A stretch of DNA of 64,000 bases. Source: Gammaproteobacteria bacterium. Lineage in GTDB: Bacteria > Pseudomonadota > Gammaproteobacteria > JBCCGL01. The notes under the pieces are model-generated. The model worked only from the letters and a program-made list of their open reading frames with translations, was not told the DNA's origin and ran no database searches. Position 1 is the first letter of the stretch, and each line of letters opens with the position of its first letter. Below, piece by piece: positions 49,146-59,945 of this stretch. Where the stretch lies: positions 3,840,001 to 3,904,000 of the forward strand of contig OZ255836.1 in the NCBI GenBank assembly GCA_965277715.1. The letters run 5' to 3'. The position numbers and the translations under genes were made by a program.

Positions 49146-51223
49146 ACCGTCCACGCACTATTGACTGGGCCTGGTTCGGTCTTATCGCTATAACGCTGGC
49201 GTTTCTCGCATTTCGGGAATCGGCTGCCTGGCTGATCGTTTTTCCCATTGAATGGGTGGTGCCCATCACGGATTGGCTGAACGTATTTATGGGGTGGTGT
49301 GTTGCGCATTTCGGGCCGACCTTTCGCGCTTTTTCAGCGGCCCTGGATATCCCGATGACGGCGGTTCGCGAGGTGCTCAACTGGCTTCCCTGGTCGGTAA
49401 CGCTGGCTCTGTTTACCTTTGCGGGTTATGCGGTCTCTGGGTGGCGGCTGGCGGTTTTTACCTTCTTCGCGATTCTCTATATGGTTGTGATCGGTTACTG
49501 GACGGAATCGATGAACTCCCTGGCGTTGGTGGTAATCTCGGTGCCGATGGCAGTTGGCATCGGTTTTGCCCTTGGCGCGCTGGCTTTTTTCTCGAAACGC
49601 GCCGAGCGTGTGATCACCCCGATAATGGATCTGTTACAAACTGTACCTGCCTTCGCCTACTTATTGCCTATCCTGCTCCTGTTCGGTTTTGGGCCGGTAG
49701 TGGGCCTGATTGCGAGTATTCTCTATGCGTTCCCCCCAACGGTTCGCAATACAATGTTAGGGCTTGCCCGCGTATCCGATGAAGTGATTGAAGCGGGGTT
49801 GATGGCCGGCGCTACCCCGCGCCAGTTGTTTTGGCGCGTGCGCACGCCCAGCGCAATGCAGCAGATTCTGCTGGGTGTGAACCAAACGACGATGGCGGCA
49901 TTCTCCATGGTGATTATCGCCTCGATCATTGGGGGCACCGCCGATATTGGTTGGGAAGTGCTGTCAACCATGCGCAAGGCCCTGTTCGGTGAAAGCCTGT
50001 TGGCGGGGATTGTCATTGCGCTGATGGCGATGGTTATGGATCGGCTCACAGCGGCAGCGGCGACTGCTGGGCCAGGTCAGCCCAAAATCGGCCAAAACGT
50101 CTTTGCCCGTCACCGCAGCGTGTTTATTGCCGTTGCGCTGGGCCTGGGTATTGCTCTGCTGGCACAGCTCCTCCCCTTTCTGCAAGCTTATCCCGAGGTG
50201 TGGGAGGTTTATCCGGCGCACTATTTGAACGATGCCTTGACTTACCTTGTCGTCGAATATGCCGGTGTAATTACATTAATCAAGACCTGGGCATTTTTCT
50301 TCGCGATGCTCCCCGTCAAAGTCGGGCTTGAGCAAACAATCTCGCCTTTCAGTTGGGGGTTTGAGTTCACCAATACGCTGAAAATGTTTTATGCCGTGAT
50401 ATCCGTTGCACTGACGATTTGGGTTGGGCGCAAGCATCGTCTGAGTACCGTAGCCTTCGTCGCGTTTTGTGCAATCCTGTTGTTCTTTGGTTTAACACGG
50501 CTTCCCTGGTCAGCGCTGCTGGCGATGGCAACGCTGTTTAGCTGGCAGCTCGGTGGGGCGCGGCTGGCGCTGGGTACGTTTGTCGGGCTTGGTTTTTTGC
50601 TGTTTGCCGGTGTTTGGCCACAAACCTTGCTCTCAGTTTATCTCTGTGGTCTCGCGGTGCTGTTATCCTTCTCTATCGGCGCAGCGTTGGGGGTGTTGGC
50701 GTCGGAGTTTGACCGCGTTTCCTCTTTTCTGCGGCCCATCAATGACACCCTGCAGACGATGCCACTCTTTGTCATTTTGATTCCCTTTGTGATGATCTTT
50801 AAGATTGGTGAATTCACCGCGCTGCTCGCCATCATGGCCTACGCAATTGTGCCTGCTATTCGCTATTCGGAGCATGGGTTACGCAGTGTGCCGGACAGTG
50901 TGATCGAGGCGGCAACGGCCATTGGTTGTACGCGTCGGCAGTTACTCTGGCGGGTCAAACTACCGCTCGCGCTGCCGGTTATGATGCTGGGGCTGAATCA
51001 AACCATTATGTTCGGTATCGCCATGCTGGTGATCGCCGCATTGGTCGGCACCAATGGGCTGGGCCAGCGGGTTTATATCGGGCTCGGTGATGGTGATTTC
51101 GGCGTGGGCATGGTTGCCGGTATAGGCATGGCGGTGATTGCCATGATCGCCGACCGCCTCACCCAGGCCTGGAGTAAAAAACGCCAGGCAGCGTTGGGTC
51201 TCACTTCGGAACACGCGCTATAA
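49139..51223 (+). CDS. Betaine/proline ABC permease with two fused ProW domains
   Basis: Two copies of the D.LQT.P.F / EA...G / GVNQT-GLNQT motif set. Confidence 0.9.
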   Translation: MLNRPRTIDWAWFGLIAITLAFLAFRESAAWLIVFPIEWVVPITDWLNVFMGWCVAHFGPTFRAFSAALDIPMTAVREVLNWLPWSVTLALFTFAGYAVSGWRLAVFTFFAILYMVVIGYWTESMNSLALVVISVPMAVGIGFALGALAFFSKRAERVITPIMDLLQTVPAFAYLLPILLLFGFGPVVGLIASILYAFPPTVRNTMLGLARVSDEVIEAGLMAGATPRQLFWRVRTPSAMQQILLGVNQTTMAAFSMVIIASIIGGTADIGWEVLSTMRKALFGESLLAGIVIALMAMVMDRLTAAAATAGPGQPKIGQNVFARHRSVFIAVALGLGIALLAQLLPFLQAYPEVWEVYPAHYLNDALTYLVVEYAGVITLIKTWAFFFAMLPVKVGLEQTISPFSWGFEFTNTLKMFYAVISVALTIWVGRKHRLSTVAFVAFCAILLFFGLTRLPWSALLAMATLFSWQLGGARLALGTFVGLGFLLFAGVWPQTLLSVYLCGLAVLLSFSIGAALGVLASEFDRVSSFLRPINDTLQTMPLFVILIPFVMIFKIGEFTALLAIMAYAIVPAIRYSEHGLRSVPDSVIEAATAIGCTRRQLLWRVKLPLALPVMMLGLNQTIMFGIAMLVIAALVGTNGLGQRVYIGLGDGDFGVGMVAGIGMAVIAMIADRLTQAWSKKRQAALGLTSEHAL

Positions 51224-51323
51224 ATATCCAGGAAGATATCGATATCGTACGGCCTCGCCGCAGTTTTATTTTTACCCCAGGGCTGAAGCCCGCGATATTT
51301 CCGAAGGCGTTCGGTACAAAAAA

Positions 51324-52799
51324 CTAACGCATAACAAACGGATTCGCCATCGGCTCTGTCGATGTATTAATCCACACCGTCTTTATCGCGGTGTATTCAT
51401 CGATGGCATCAATACCCGCCTCACGGCCAAGCCCGCTTTGTTTGAAGCCACCAAATGGCGCGATAGGTGAAATGGCGCGATAGGTGTTTACCCATACAAT
51501 GCCTGAATGAATGGCGTCGGAGACGCGCAATGCCCGCGAGAGGTTTTCAGTAAACACACCAGCCCCAAGGCCAAAGCGTGAATCGTTGGCCATCGCTATC
51601 GCCTCTGCCTCGGTGTCGAAACTTAACGCCGAGAGAATGGGGCCAAACATTTCCTCGCGCACCGTGCGCACTTGTTGGTGTGGGCAGTCGAGGATGGTGG
51701 GGGTGTAGTACCAGCCATCGGCAAAGCCTTCCGGCGGTTTGCCACCGTGGAGTAGTTTCGCCCCTTCGCTAATAGCGATCTTTACCGATTCGCTAACATG
51801 ATCGAATTGTGCCTTGGTGGCCAGTGGGCCAACTTGTGTCTCTTCACCCAATGGGTCGCCAATGCGGATCTGACGGGCGCGCTCGACCAGTTTCTCCAGA
51901 AAGGCCTCGCGAATGCTGGATTGGATAAAGACGCGTGAACCCGCCACACAGCTTTGCCCGGTAGCGCCAAAATTGCCCGCAATGACGCCGTTGACAGCCC
52001 CTTCAATATCGGCATCCTCAAACACGACGATAGGCGATTTCCCGCCTAATTCCAGGGAGACAATGGCAAAGTTTTCCGCTGTATTTCGCACGACGTGGCG
52101 CGCTGTTTCCGGGCCGCCGGTAAAGGCGACACGGGCGACTTCCGGGTGGCTGGTCAACAGCCGACCACACGGTTCGCCATAGCCGGTGATGATGTTGATG
52201 ACGCCGGGGGGAAACCCCGCCGCTTCGATAATTTTGGCAAATTCGAACATGGGGGCAGGGGCATTTTCTGACGCTTTCAGTACCACGGCATTGCCCGCCG
52301 CTAATGCCGGGCCGAGCTTGGTGGCGGTGAGGAACATTTGTGCATTCCACGGCACGATAGCGGCCACTACGCCAATCGGTACGCGCTTGGTGTAGACGTG
52401 CATATTGGGTTTGTCGATGGGCAGAGTGGCGCCCTGTACTTTGTCGGCAAGGCCGGCATAGTAATAGTAGTAGTCGGAGACATAGCCGGTTTGGGCGCTG
52501 GTTTCCTTGCCGAGTTTGCCGCTGTCGATGGTTTCGATTTTGGCCAGGTGTTGGGATTTTTCAGCGACTAAGTCACCGAGTTTGCGCAACATTTTGCCGC
52601 GCTGGGTGGCGTTCATCTCCGCCCAGGGGCCTTGTTGCATGGCCCTGGCTGCAGCGGCAACGGCACGGTTGACCTCGGGTTCTCCCGCTACGGCACAGGT
52701 GGCCCACACTTCCCCTGTGGCCGGATTGATCGACTCCAGCGTGGCGCCATCTTCGGCATCGCACCATTCTCCGTCGATATACAGTTGATAGTGTTGCAT
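51324..52799 (-). CDS. NAD-dependent aldehyde dehydrogenase (TgnC-like context)
   Basis: PWN, FTGG, LELGGKSP, GQSCVAG, EEMFGP, PFGGFKQSG. Confidence 0.93.
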   Translation of the reverse strand: MQHYQLYIDGEWCDAEDGATLESINPATGEVWATCAVAGEPEVNRAVAAAARAMQQGPWAEMNATQRGKMLRKLGDLVAEKSQHLAKIETIDSGKLGKETSAQTGYVSDYYYYYAGLADKVQGATLPIDKPNMHVYTKRVPIGVVAAIVPWNAQMFLTATKLGPALAAGNAVVLKASENAPAPMFEFAKIIEAAGFPPGVINIITGYGEPCGRLLTSHPEVARVAFTGGPETARHVVRNTAENFAIVSLELGGKSPIVVFEDADIEGAVNGVIAGNFGATGQSCVAGSRVFIQSSIREAFLEKLVERARQIRIGDPLGEETQVGPLATKAQFDHVSESVKIAISEGAKLLHGGKPPEGFADGWYYTPTILDCPHQQVRTVREEMFGPILSALSFDTEAEAIAMANDSRFGLGAGVFTENLSRALRVSDAIHSGIVWVNTYRAISPIAPFGGFKQSGLGREAGIDAIDEYTAIKTVWINTSTEPMANPFVMR

Positions 52800-52813
52800 A
52801 GCCTATACCTCGT

Positions 52814-53638
52814 TTAATTACTCAACCACGCACGCAGGTGGTAAAGCGTTTCATCGACCGCTTCTACTACGCCCATATGCCGCAGGTTTTTTAATATCAC
52901 CAGCGTGGAACCGGGTATATCGTCGGCAATCGCCTGTGACATGGCCGGTGTGGAACCGCTGTCGTATTCACCTGTCATCACCAATGTGGGCACTTTTTCG
53001 GCATCGACGACACCCTGCATGGCAATATCAGTACTGGCAAACAGTTTATAGGCGAGCAGAAAATGCGCCGGATTATTATTCGTCAGCCGCTGTCGAATTT
53101 CCGCTTCGATAGCTGGGTTCTCCCTGAGAAATGCACTGGAGAACCAACGTGCCAACGCTGCATTTATCAATGACTGGGTGCCCTCACACTCGGCTTGCCT
53201 GATGCGTTGATTAATCGCTGACAGTGCTGCTTCACTGCGTTTATACACTGAGTACAACAGCGCCATACGGGCAATGCGTTGTGGGTAGCGTGTGATAAAT
53301 GCCTGTGTGACCAGTGCGCCCAGGGAAAAACCGGCGATGGCGGCACAGGCAACACCTAGGTCGTCAAGCAGGTGCAGTAACTGTTCGGCAAAGTCGTCGA
53401 TTGTCGCCTCGTGAGCGGCGGGGTCGCTATTGCCGTGCCCTGGCATATCGTAACAAACCACACAGTAATCACGGCTCAGATCGGCGGCATGTTGCGCCCA
53501 CAGTGTCCGGTCCAGCCCAACCCCGTGGATCAGTACCACTACTTTACCACTGCCCCTGATGCTACAGGCCGTGCCATTAATTGTGTGTTCACCGTTGCTG
53601 TCAATCCCCAGTGAACTCCAGTGCCTGTCCACACTCAT
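52814..53638 (-). CDS. Alpha/beta hydrolase
   Basis: LIHGVG, YDMPGHG, GFSLG nucleophile elbow, GEYD, RHM. Confidence 0.88.
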   Translation of the reverse strand: MSVDRHWSSLGIDSNGEHTINGTACSIRGSGKVVVLIHGVGLDRTLWAQHAADLSRDYCVVCYDMPGHGNSDPAAHEATIDDFAEQLLHLLDDLGVACAAIAGFSLGALVTQAFITRYPQRIARMALLYSVYKRSEAALSAINQRIRQAECEGTQSLINAALARWFSSAFLRENPAIEAEIRQRLTNNNPAHFLLAYKLFASTDIAMQGVVDAEKVPTLVMTGEYDSGSTPAMSQAIADDIPGSTLVILKNLRHMGVVEAVDETLYHLRAWLSN

Positions 53639-54228
53639 GTGGGACTTTGGTCGGTGCCCATCTCCTCGATATCCTGGTAGCGGTCACCGATGCGGTGATC
53701 GGGTCGGCCACGCGTTGCCGCGCCTAGCGCAATAACGATTTCATCGGGGCCGGGGGCATCTTCAACGGTGAACTCAAGTGTGAGGTAGTGTGAACGCATA
53801 CCGACATCCACCTTGTGCATCATCGGGATTGACATTTTGCTGCCCGCACCACAACGGGTGTTAGTGAAGGATAAGTAGGCAGTGCCGCCGACGGCATCGC
53901 GGTATTTGTTGCCAAAGCGCAGTGTGTGAATCATTCCAGAGGCGTGTTCGATTTCACCGTTTAAACCCACCATTGCCGCCTTGCCATAGGCTTCAACTTT
54001 ATCGCCACCGCCGATAATAGCCAGCAGGCGCGGCACCATAATGTCGCCCAACTCGGGGGCAATGGCGAGAATGTCGGTGCGCAAATCATCGACAAAACCG
54101 CGCCCGGCCCACGGGTTTTGGATAACGGCAGCCACCGCGACCATTATCACCGGAGGGTCGGCAATACGCCCGCCCTCTTTGTGTGTCTCTTCAACGTAGT
54201 TGACTAATTTGCGTAATACTAGTGGCAT
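53635..54228 (-). CDS. 'Amino acid synthesis' family (DUF1185) protein
   Basis: AAVIQNPWAGRGFV, EAYGKAA.VG..GEIEHA, RSHY, DAPGPDEIV. Confidence 0.85.
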   Translation of the reverse strand: MPLVLRKLVNYVEETHKEGGRIADPPVIMVAVAAVIQNPWAGRGFVDDLRTDILAIAPELGDIMVPRLLAIIGGGDKVEAYGKAAMVGLNGEIEHASGMIHTLRFGNKYRDAVGGTAYLSFTNTRCGAGSKMSIPMMHKVDVGMRSHYLTLEFTVEDAPGPDEIVIALGAATRGRPDHRIGDRYQDIEEMGTDQSPT

Positions 54229-54257
54229 GGGGAAGTGCTTCTCTTTTGCATAGCGCA

Positions 54258-54290
54258 GTGGTTCCTGGTGGAAGGGACACCAGGAACCAC
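54258..54290. terminator. 13-bp hairpin between the BCCT and DUF1185 genes
   Basis: GTGGTTCCTGGTG-gaaggga-CACCAGGAACCAC. Confidence 0.5.
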
Positions 54291-54299
54291 ATTGCTTAC

Positions 54300-56024
54300 T
54301 TATTGTTTTGCACGCATATCGTCGCGGATAAGTGCTTTAACTAATGCGATACCCATCAGAATCATCATCAACGAAAAGGGCACTGCGCCAATAATCATGG
54401 CGGCCTGGATTGCATTTAACCCACCTGCCAGTAACAGCGCACCAATCACCGCCGTGAGAATTAAACCCCACACAATGATATGGATTCGACCCGCTGAGCC
54501 ATATTCACCACCTGCATTGATGGTATTGACGACTAACACAGCTGAGTCAGCCGATGTCACCAGATACGTCAGCAGTAACACCACGATCAATATGGACATT
54601 AATGTAGCAAGGCCGGATGACAGCATGATATTGATGACTTCGTAGAGCTGCGCGGTCAGGCTAGTGCCGTAAATGCTGCCTTGCGCAGTGCCGTTTAGCT
54701 CCAGGTCAATAGCGGTGCCGCCTAGCAAGCTGAACCACAAAAAACACATCAGTGAAGGGGCCAGAATCGCGCCCAGTACAAACTCGCGAATCGTACGGTT
54801 CTTGGAAATACGTGCCAGGAAGATGCCGACAAAAGGGGCAAACGCAATCCACCATGCCCAGTAGAAGATTGACCACCAACCCTGCCATTCACCGGGACTG
54901 CCCGCACCGTCAGCAGGGAAAACAGTAAAAGTCAATGCGGGCAAACTGATGATGTAGTTGAACAGGCCCTTACCCATAAGCTCAAGTGCAAACAGCGTGG
55001 CGCCAAATATCAAGAAGAAAGTCAGTAGACCAAAAGACAGCACCATATTCAGGTTACTCAGCCACTTAATGCCTCTGCCGACACCGGAAAGCGCCGATGC
55101 CGTAGAGCACAACATCACAATGGCCAGGGCCATGAGTAATGATGCGGTGGTGGGTTCACCGTCGGTCACCAGCCACTCGGCACCGGTAATATTGTATAAG
55201 CCGGAGGCAAAAGAGGTAAGGCCAAGGCCGATGGTTTGCGAAATACCGAGTATGGTGGCGACTACAGCGGTGATATCAACGATATGTCCCAGAGGGCCTT
55301 CCAGTTTTTTGCCAAAAAGCGGTGTCAGCGTTGAACGGATAGTTAGTGGCAACCCACGGGAATAGGCGAAAAACGCCAGTGCAATGCCCACCAGGGCGTA
55401 GCAGGCCCAGGCACCCAGCCCCCAGTGCAAAAAGACGTAGCGATAAACCCCGTCAAGCGCCGACTCGGTTTTGGGTATGGACAGGCCCTCGATGGCACTG
55501 ATCGTACCCGCTGCCACCTGTGCATTATAAGTAGCCCAGATATCAGCGCCTTCGGCGAGCGCCACATTGGCCGCAGCCAGTGCCGCTTTTACCGCTTCAG
55601 CACTCATGCGTATTTCCGGGTTATCACTCATATGCCAAATGGGTTCGCCTGTCGCGTACCCCAACATGCCGATACCGATACCGGCGCCAAACATCATTGA
55701 GAACCAGGAGAAATTTGAAAATTCGGGCACGCCGTCTGCGCTGCCCAATTTGGTTTTACCCCAGCTTGGGTGCAGTGCAATTACCAGGCAGACCACAATG
55801 AAAAACATCACTGCCCAGGTATAGTAATAATTGAGGTTGTTGAAAGACCAGTTTTTCATTTCACCGAGTATCTTGCCGGCAGCTTCCGGGTCAATAACGG
55901 CCCATATCACAATTAAAGCAATCAGTATCTTCGATGCCAGGGCAACAATATTGTTGAATCCCTGGTAAAAACCCGATTCCGCTGTATTGATATCGAGTTC
56001 TGTCAGTGGAGGTTGTAATGCCAT
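54300..56024 (-). CDS. BCCT family (betaine/carnitine/choline) transporter
   Basis: SWFSMMFGAGIGIG, HWG, WSIFYWAWWIAFAPFVG.FLARISK.RTIREF. Confidence 0.95.
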   Translation of the reverse strand: MALQPPLTELDINTAESGFYQGFNNIVALASKILIALIVIWAVIDPEAAGKILGEMKNWSFNNLNYYYTWAVMFFIVVCLVIALHPSWGKTKLGSADGVPEFSNFSWFSMMFGAGIGIGMLGYATGEPIWHMSDNPEIRMSAEAVKAALAAANVALAEGADIWATYNAQVAAGTISAIEGLSIPKTESALDGVYRYVFLHWGLGAWACYALVGIALAFFAYSRGLPLTIRSTLTPLFGKKLEGPLGHIVDITAVVATILGISQTIGLGLTSFASGLYNITGAEWLVTDGEPTTASLLMALAIVMLCSTASALSGVGRGIKWLSNLNMVLSFGLLTFFLIFGATLFALELMGKGLFNYIISLPALTFTVFPADGAGSPGEWQGWWSIFYWAWWIAFAPFVGIFLARISKNRTIREFVLGAILAPSLMCFLWFSLLGGTAIDLELNGTAQGSIYGTSLTAQLYEVINIMLSSGLATLMSILIVVLLLTYLVTSADSAVLVVNTINAGGEYGSAGRIHIIVWGLILTAVIGALLLAGGLNAIQAAMIIGAVPFSLMMILMGIALVKALIRDDMRAKQ

Positions 56025-56505
56025 CGCTATATCCTCAGTTTTATTTTTGATGAGTGAATGTTTATGCTTTGAAAAAACGCCCGGAATTTTTTCCAGAGTT
56101 ACAGCTTTGTTTTCCGCTTGAAATGCACACTGAATTAGATTACATGATTTTAATCATTATCGATATGTGCTGATGAGGCAAGAAAGGGCTTGATCCGCCG
56201 TGAAATATATTGAAAACGACCAATATGTAGCTATTTTTCTATAGCAGTTCAATAGATCTGGTGTACCTATGCTTTATTAAATGGGCAGATAGGTTCCATG
56301 ATATTTATTTGTGTGCAAGTTAATACGTTATATCTAGGCATCTGGCCCACTCGATGAAACAGCGCTGGTACTAGGTGGTCGGTAAGGGGCGCACTACATT
56401 CCCGACCCGAAATTGGTGTTGTAGGCCAATTGTTTTATGCTGAGCGTGTGGGTGCAAAGTACGCCTGTAATCTGTTGTAAATATTAAGTCGAATGAGGTG
56501 TTGTC

Positions 56506-57624
56506 ATGTTAGTCGGTATACCCCGGGAAATTAAAGATAACGAGTACCGTGTAGGTCTGGCGCCTGAGTCGGTGCGTGAAGTCATCTCCCACGGCCACAG
56601 TGTAATTGTCGAAACCAATGCTGGTGGCGGCATCAGTGCCAGTGACGAGGAATACCAGCGTGCGGGTGCCGAAATTGTCGATACTGCCAGTGAGGTATTT
56701 GCCCGGGCTGACATGGTGGTTAAAGTAAAAGAACCACAAGCCGTCGAGCGGGCGATGTTGCGTGAGGGTCAGATTTTATATACCTACCTGCACCTCGCGC
56801 CAGACCCGGAGCAAACCAAAGACCTGGTCAACTCGGGGGCAGTGTGTATCGCCTATGAAACAGTGACCTCCCCTCATGGTGGTTTACCGTTGTTGAGACC
56901 GATGTCAGAAGTAGCTGGCCGTATGTCGATTCAGGCCGCTGCGCACAGCCTGGAAAAACCACACGGTGGTGTCGGTATGTTGATGGGAGGTGTACCCGGT
57001 GTCGATCCGGCAAAAGTCGTGGTAATCGGCGGGGGTGTCGTCGGTACGCATGCAGCCCATATCGCGGTGGGTATGGGGGCTGATGTGTGGGTGCTGGATC
57101 GTTCAAATGAAACGCTGGGACGTCTATGGTCGCATTTTGGCCGCTCACTCAATACAGTGTACTCAACTCGTGATGCGATTGAACGCCATGTGCTGGAAGC
57201 CGATGTTGTTATTGGCGGTGTGTTAATTCCCGGTGCGGCAGCACCAAAACTGGTGACAGCGGAACACGTTAAGGCAATGAAGCCCGGCGCGGTAATGGTC
57301 GATGTGGCCATCGACCAGGGTGGCTGCTTTGCCACTTCGCACGCCACCACCCACAGCGACCCGACCTACGTCGTCGATGGCGTGGTTCACTACTGTGTCG
57401 CCAATATGCCAGGTGGTGTGCCGCGCACCTCGACCTTTGCCTTGAATAATGCCACGCTGGCGGGTGCGCTGGCACTGGCCGATAAAGGCTATAAGCAAGC
57501 GTTGAGTGATGACCCGCATCTGCGCAATGGCCTCAACGTACACTGTGGCGATATTACCTGCAAAGAAGTCGCTGACGACCTCGGTTACACTTACGTCGAA
57601 GCACTCGCATCGATGGCTAAGTAG
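56506..57624 (+). CDS. ald: Alanine dehydrogenase
   Basis: PREIKDNEYRV, KVKEP, PMSEVAGR, DVAIDQGG, YCVANMPG. Confidence 0.97.
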   Translation: MLVGIPREIKDNEYRVGLAPESVREVISHGHSVIVETNAGGGISASDEEYQRAGAEIVDTASEVFARADMVVKVKEPQAVERAMLREGQILYTYLHLAPDPEQTKDLVNSGAVCIAYETVTSPHGGLPLLRPMSEVAGRMSIQAAAHSLEKPHGGVGMLMGGVPGVDPAKVVVIGGGVVGTHAAHIAVGMGADVWVLDRSNETLGRLWSHFGRSLNTVYSTRDAIERHVLEADVVIGGVLIPGAAAPKLVTAEHVKAMKPGAVMVDVAIDQGGCFATSHATTHSDPTYVVDGVVHYCVANMPGGVPRTSTFALNNATLAGALALADKGYKQALSDDPHLRNGLNVHCGDITCKEVADDLGYTYVEALASMAK

Positions 57625-57651
57625 TACGAGATTCGTTATAGTTCGCGTTTG

Positions 57652-57683
57652 GCCTCAACTCATCCATATGAGTTGGGGCTTTT
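57652..57683 (+). terminator. Rho-independent terminator-like hairpin between ald and xsc
   Basis: GCCTCAACTCAT-ccat-ATGAGTTGGGGC-TTTT. Confidence 0.6.
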
Positions 57684-57715
57684 GTTATTAAATCGATCAG
57701 AAACAGGAGAAGCCA

Positions 57716-59488
57716 ATGGCTCGAATGACCCCCAGTGAAGCGTTTGTAGAAACCCTTGTCGCCAATGGCGTAACAAAAATTTTTGGCATCATGGGTTCCG
57801 CATTTATGGATGCGATGGACATCTTTGCCCCGGCGGGCATTGAATTGATTCCCGTGGTACACGAACAGGGCGCTGGGCATATGGCCGATGGCTACGCACG
57901 CGTATCCGGCAAACACGGCGTGGTTATCGGCCAGAACGGCCCCGGTATTTCCAATTGTGTCACCGCCATCGCCGCCGCTTATTGGGCGCATTCCCCTGTC
58001 GTGATGATCACCCCGGAAACCGGCACCATGGGCATGGGCCTCGGCGGTTTTCAGGAAGCCAATCAACTGCCAATGTTTCAGGAGTTCGTTAAATACCAGG
58101 GCCATGTCAACAACCCTAACCGTATGGCCGAGTACACCGCCCGCGCATTTGACCGCGCCATGTCAGAAATTGGCCCCACCCAGTTGAACATACCGCGTGA
58201 CTATTTTTACGGTGATCTGGATATTGAGGTGCCACAGCCCATGCGCCTCGACCGTGGCCCCGGTGGTGAGCAAACCCTGTCTGAAGCGGCTGATATGCTG
58301 GCCAATGCGAAATTCCCCGTTATCCTCTCGGGTGGCGGTGTTGTTATGGCTAACGGCGTCGATGCCTGTGTTGCGCTTGCCGAACGTCTCGGCTGCCCGG
58401 TGGTTAATTCCTATCAACACAACGACTCCTTCCCCGCCAGCCACCCGCAGTGGTGTGGCCCGCTGGGCTATCAGGGTTCTAAAGCCGGTATGAAGCTGAT
58501 TAACAAGGCTGATGTGGTACTGGCCCTCGGTTCACGCCTCGGCCCGTTTGGCACTCTGCCACAGCACGGCATGGACTACTGGCCAAAAGACGCCAAAATC
58601 ATTCAGGTCGACGCCGACCACAAGATGCTTGGTCTGGTGAAAAAAATCAGTGTTGGCATCTGCGGTGACGCCAAAGCGGCCGCCCTATCACTGACCCAGC
58701 GACTGGCTGACCGCACCCTGGCCTGTGATGCCACCCGCGCCGAGCGCGGCAAGGAAATTGCCGCTGAAAAGGCCACTTGGGAAGAGGAACTCAGCAACTG
58801 GACGCACGAGCGTGACGACTACAGCCTGGACATGATCGAAGAGCAGGCCGGCGAAGAAGGCAACTGGTTACACCCACGCCAGGTACTGCGTGAACTGGAA
58901 AATGCCATGCCCGCAGACAAAATGGTCTCCACCGACATCGGTAACATCAACTCGGTGGCGCACAGCTACCTGCGTTTTGATCGTCCGCGCAGCTTTTTTG
59001 CGCCGATGAGTTTTGGCAACTGTGGCTACGCACTGCCCACCATGATCGGTGCCAAGGCGGCAGCGCCGGAACGCCCGGCAATTGCTTACGCGGGTGACGG
59101 TGCCTGGGCCATGAGCATGAGCGAGCTGCTGACCTGCGTGCGCCATGACATTCCGGTAACGGCGGTGGTCTTCCACAACCGTCAATGGGGTGCTGAAAAG
59201 AAAAACCAGGTCGACTTCTACGGCCGTCGTTTTGTAGCCGGTGAACTCAATCTGAAAGGGGATGAGTGTTTTGCCGATATGGCGCGTGCTATGGGAGCTG
59301 AAGGCAATACCGTCGATCAACTTGATGATGTGGGCGCGGCACTGAAAAAAGCCGTCGATGCACAGATGAATGATGGTAAAACCACGGTATTGGAAATTAT
59401 GTGTACCCGTGAACTCGGTGACCCCTTCCGTCGTGATGCGCTGTCTAAGCCGGTTCGTCACCTCGATAAGTACAAGGATTTTGTGTAG
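57716..59488 (+). CDS. xsc: Sulfoacetaldehyde acetyltransferase
   Basis: MTPSEAFVETL, GIMGSAFMD, ThDP motif GDGAW, QWGAEKKNQ, ELGDPFRRDAL; flanked by ald and pta. Confidence 0.95.
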   Translation: MARMTPSEAFVETLVANGVTKIFGIMGSAFMDAMDIFAPAGIELIPVVHEQGAGHMADGYARVSGKHGVVIGQNGPGISNCVTAIAAAYWAHSPVVMITPETGTMGMGLGGFQEANQLPMFQEFVKYQGHVNNPNRMAEYTARAFDRAMSEIGPTQLNIPRDYFYGDLDIEVPQPMRLDRGPGGEQTLSEAADMLANAKFPVILSGGGVVMANGVDACVALAERLGCPVVNSYQHNDSFPASHPQWCGPLGYQGSKAGMKLINKADVVLALGSRLGPFGTLPQHGMDYWPKDAKIIQVDADHKMLGLVKKISVGICGDAKAAALSLTQRLADRTLACDATRAERGKEIAAEKATWEEELSNWTHERDDYSLDMIEEQAGEEGNWLHPRQVLRELENAMPADKMVSTDIGNINSVAHSYLRFDRPRSFFAPMSFGNCGYALPTMIGAKAAAPERPAIAYAGDGAWAMSMSELLTCVRHDIPVTAVVFHNRQWGAEKKNQVDFYGRRFVAGELNLKGDECFADMARAMGAEGNTVDQLDDVGAALKKAVDAQMNDGKTTVLEIMCTRELGDPFRRDALSKPVRHLDKYKDFV

Positions 59489-59523
59489 AGGTATATCCTG
59501 TCAGGGTAGAACGAATATTCTAA

Positions 59524-59548
59524 CCCCTCTCCCATCTCGGGAGAGGGG
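59524..59548. repeat. REP-like palindrome
   Basis: CCCCTCTCCC-atctc-GGGAGAGGGG. Confidence 0.6.
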
Positions 59549-59600
59549 CTTTTAAGATGCCCTTCAGAATAGGGAAAACCATTAGGAAACAGTGAGCGTT

Positions 59601-59828
59601 ATGCCAAAAGTGGATCGGATCAAAACGGAAGTTGGCTTTCACGAAAAGATGTTTTTCGGTGCGCTGGTGGCTATACTGACGCTGTCGGGTTGGATTGCAA
59701 CGCACTACCAAACAACAGATATATTTGTTTTGGTACTGGCAATGCTCGCCTTCTTTGGTATTTGTGTATTTGGCATTGATCAATACAAGCGTATTAAACG
59801 GTTACTGGTGGATTTGGAAGAATGTTAA
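59601..59828 (+). CDS. Small two-TM hypothetical protein (75 aa)
   Basis: MPKVDRIK...; two hydrophobic helices; overlaps the next small ORF. Confidence 0.6.
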   Translation: MPKVDRIKTEVGFHEKMFFGALVAILTLSGWIATHYQTTDIFVLVLAMLAFFGICVFGIDQYKRIKRLLVDLEEC

Positions 59829-59923
59829 ATACAATTATTATGTACATTGTTGCTTGTGTATTTGCCGGGTTTTGGTTGTACCTGGCGTGGGATGCGCATA
59901 AAGAGGTTAAGGAAAACCCATAA
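59822..59923 (+). CDS. 33-aa single-TM peptide (absent from the ORF track)
   Basis: MLNTIIMYIVACVFAGFWLYLAWDAHKEVKENP*; SD-like GGAAG; start overlaps the upstream stop. Confidence 0.5.
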   Translation: MLNTIIMYIVACVFAGFWLYLAWDAHKEVKENP

Positions 59924-59945
59924 AACGATTTGTCTATTTCAAACC

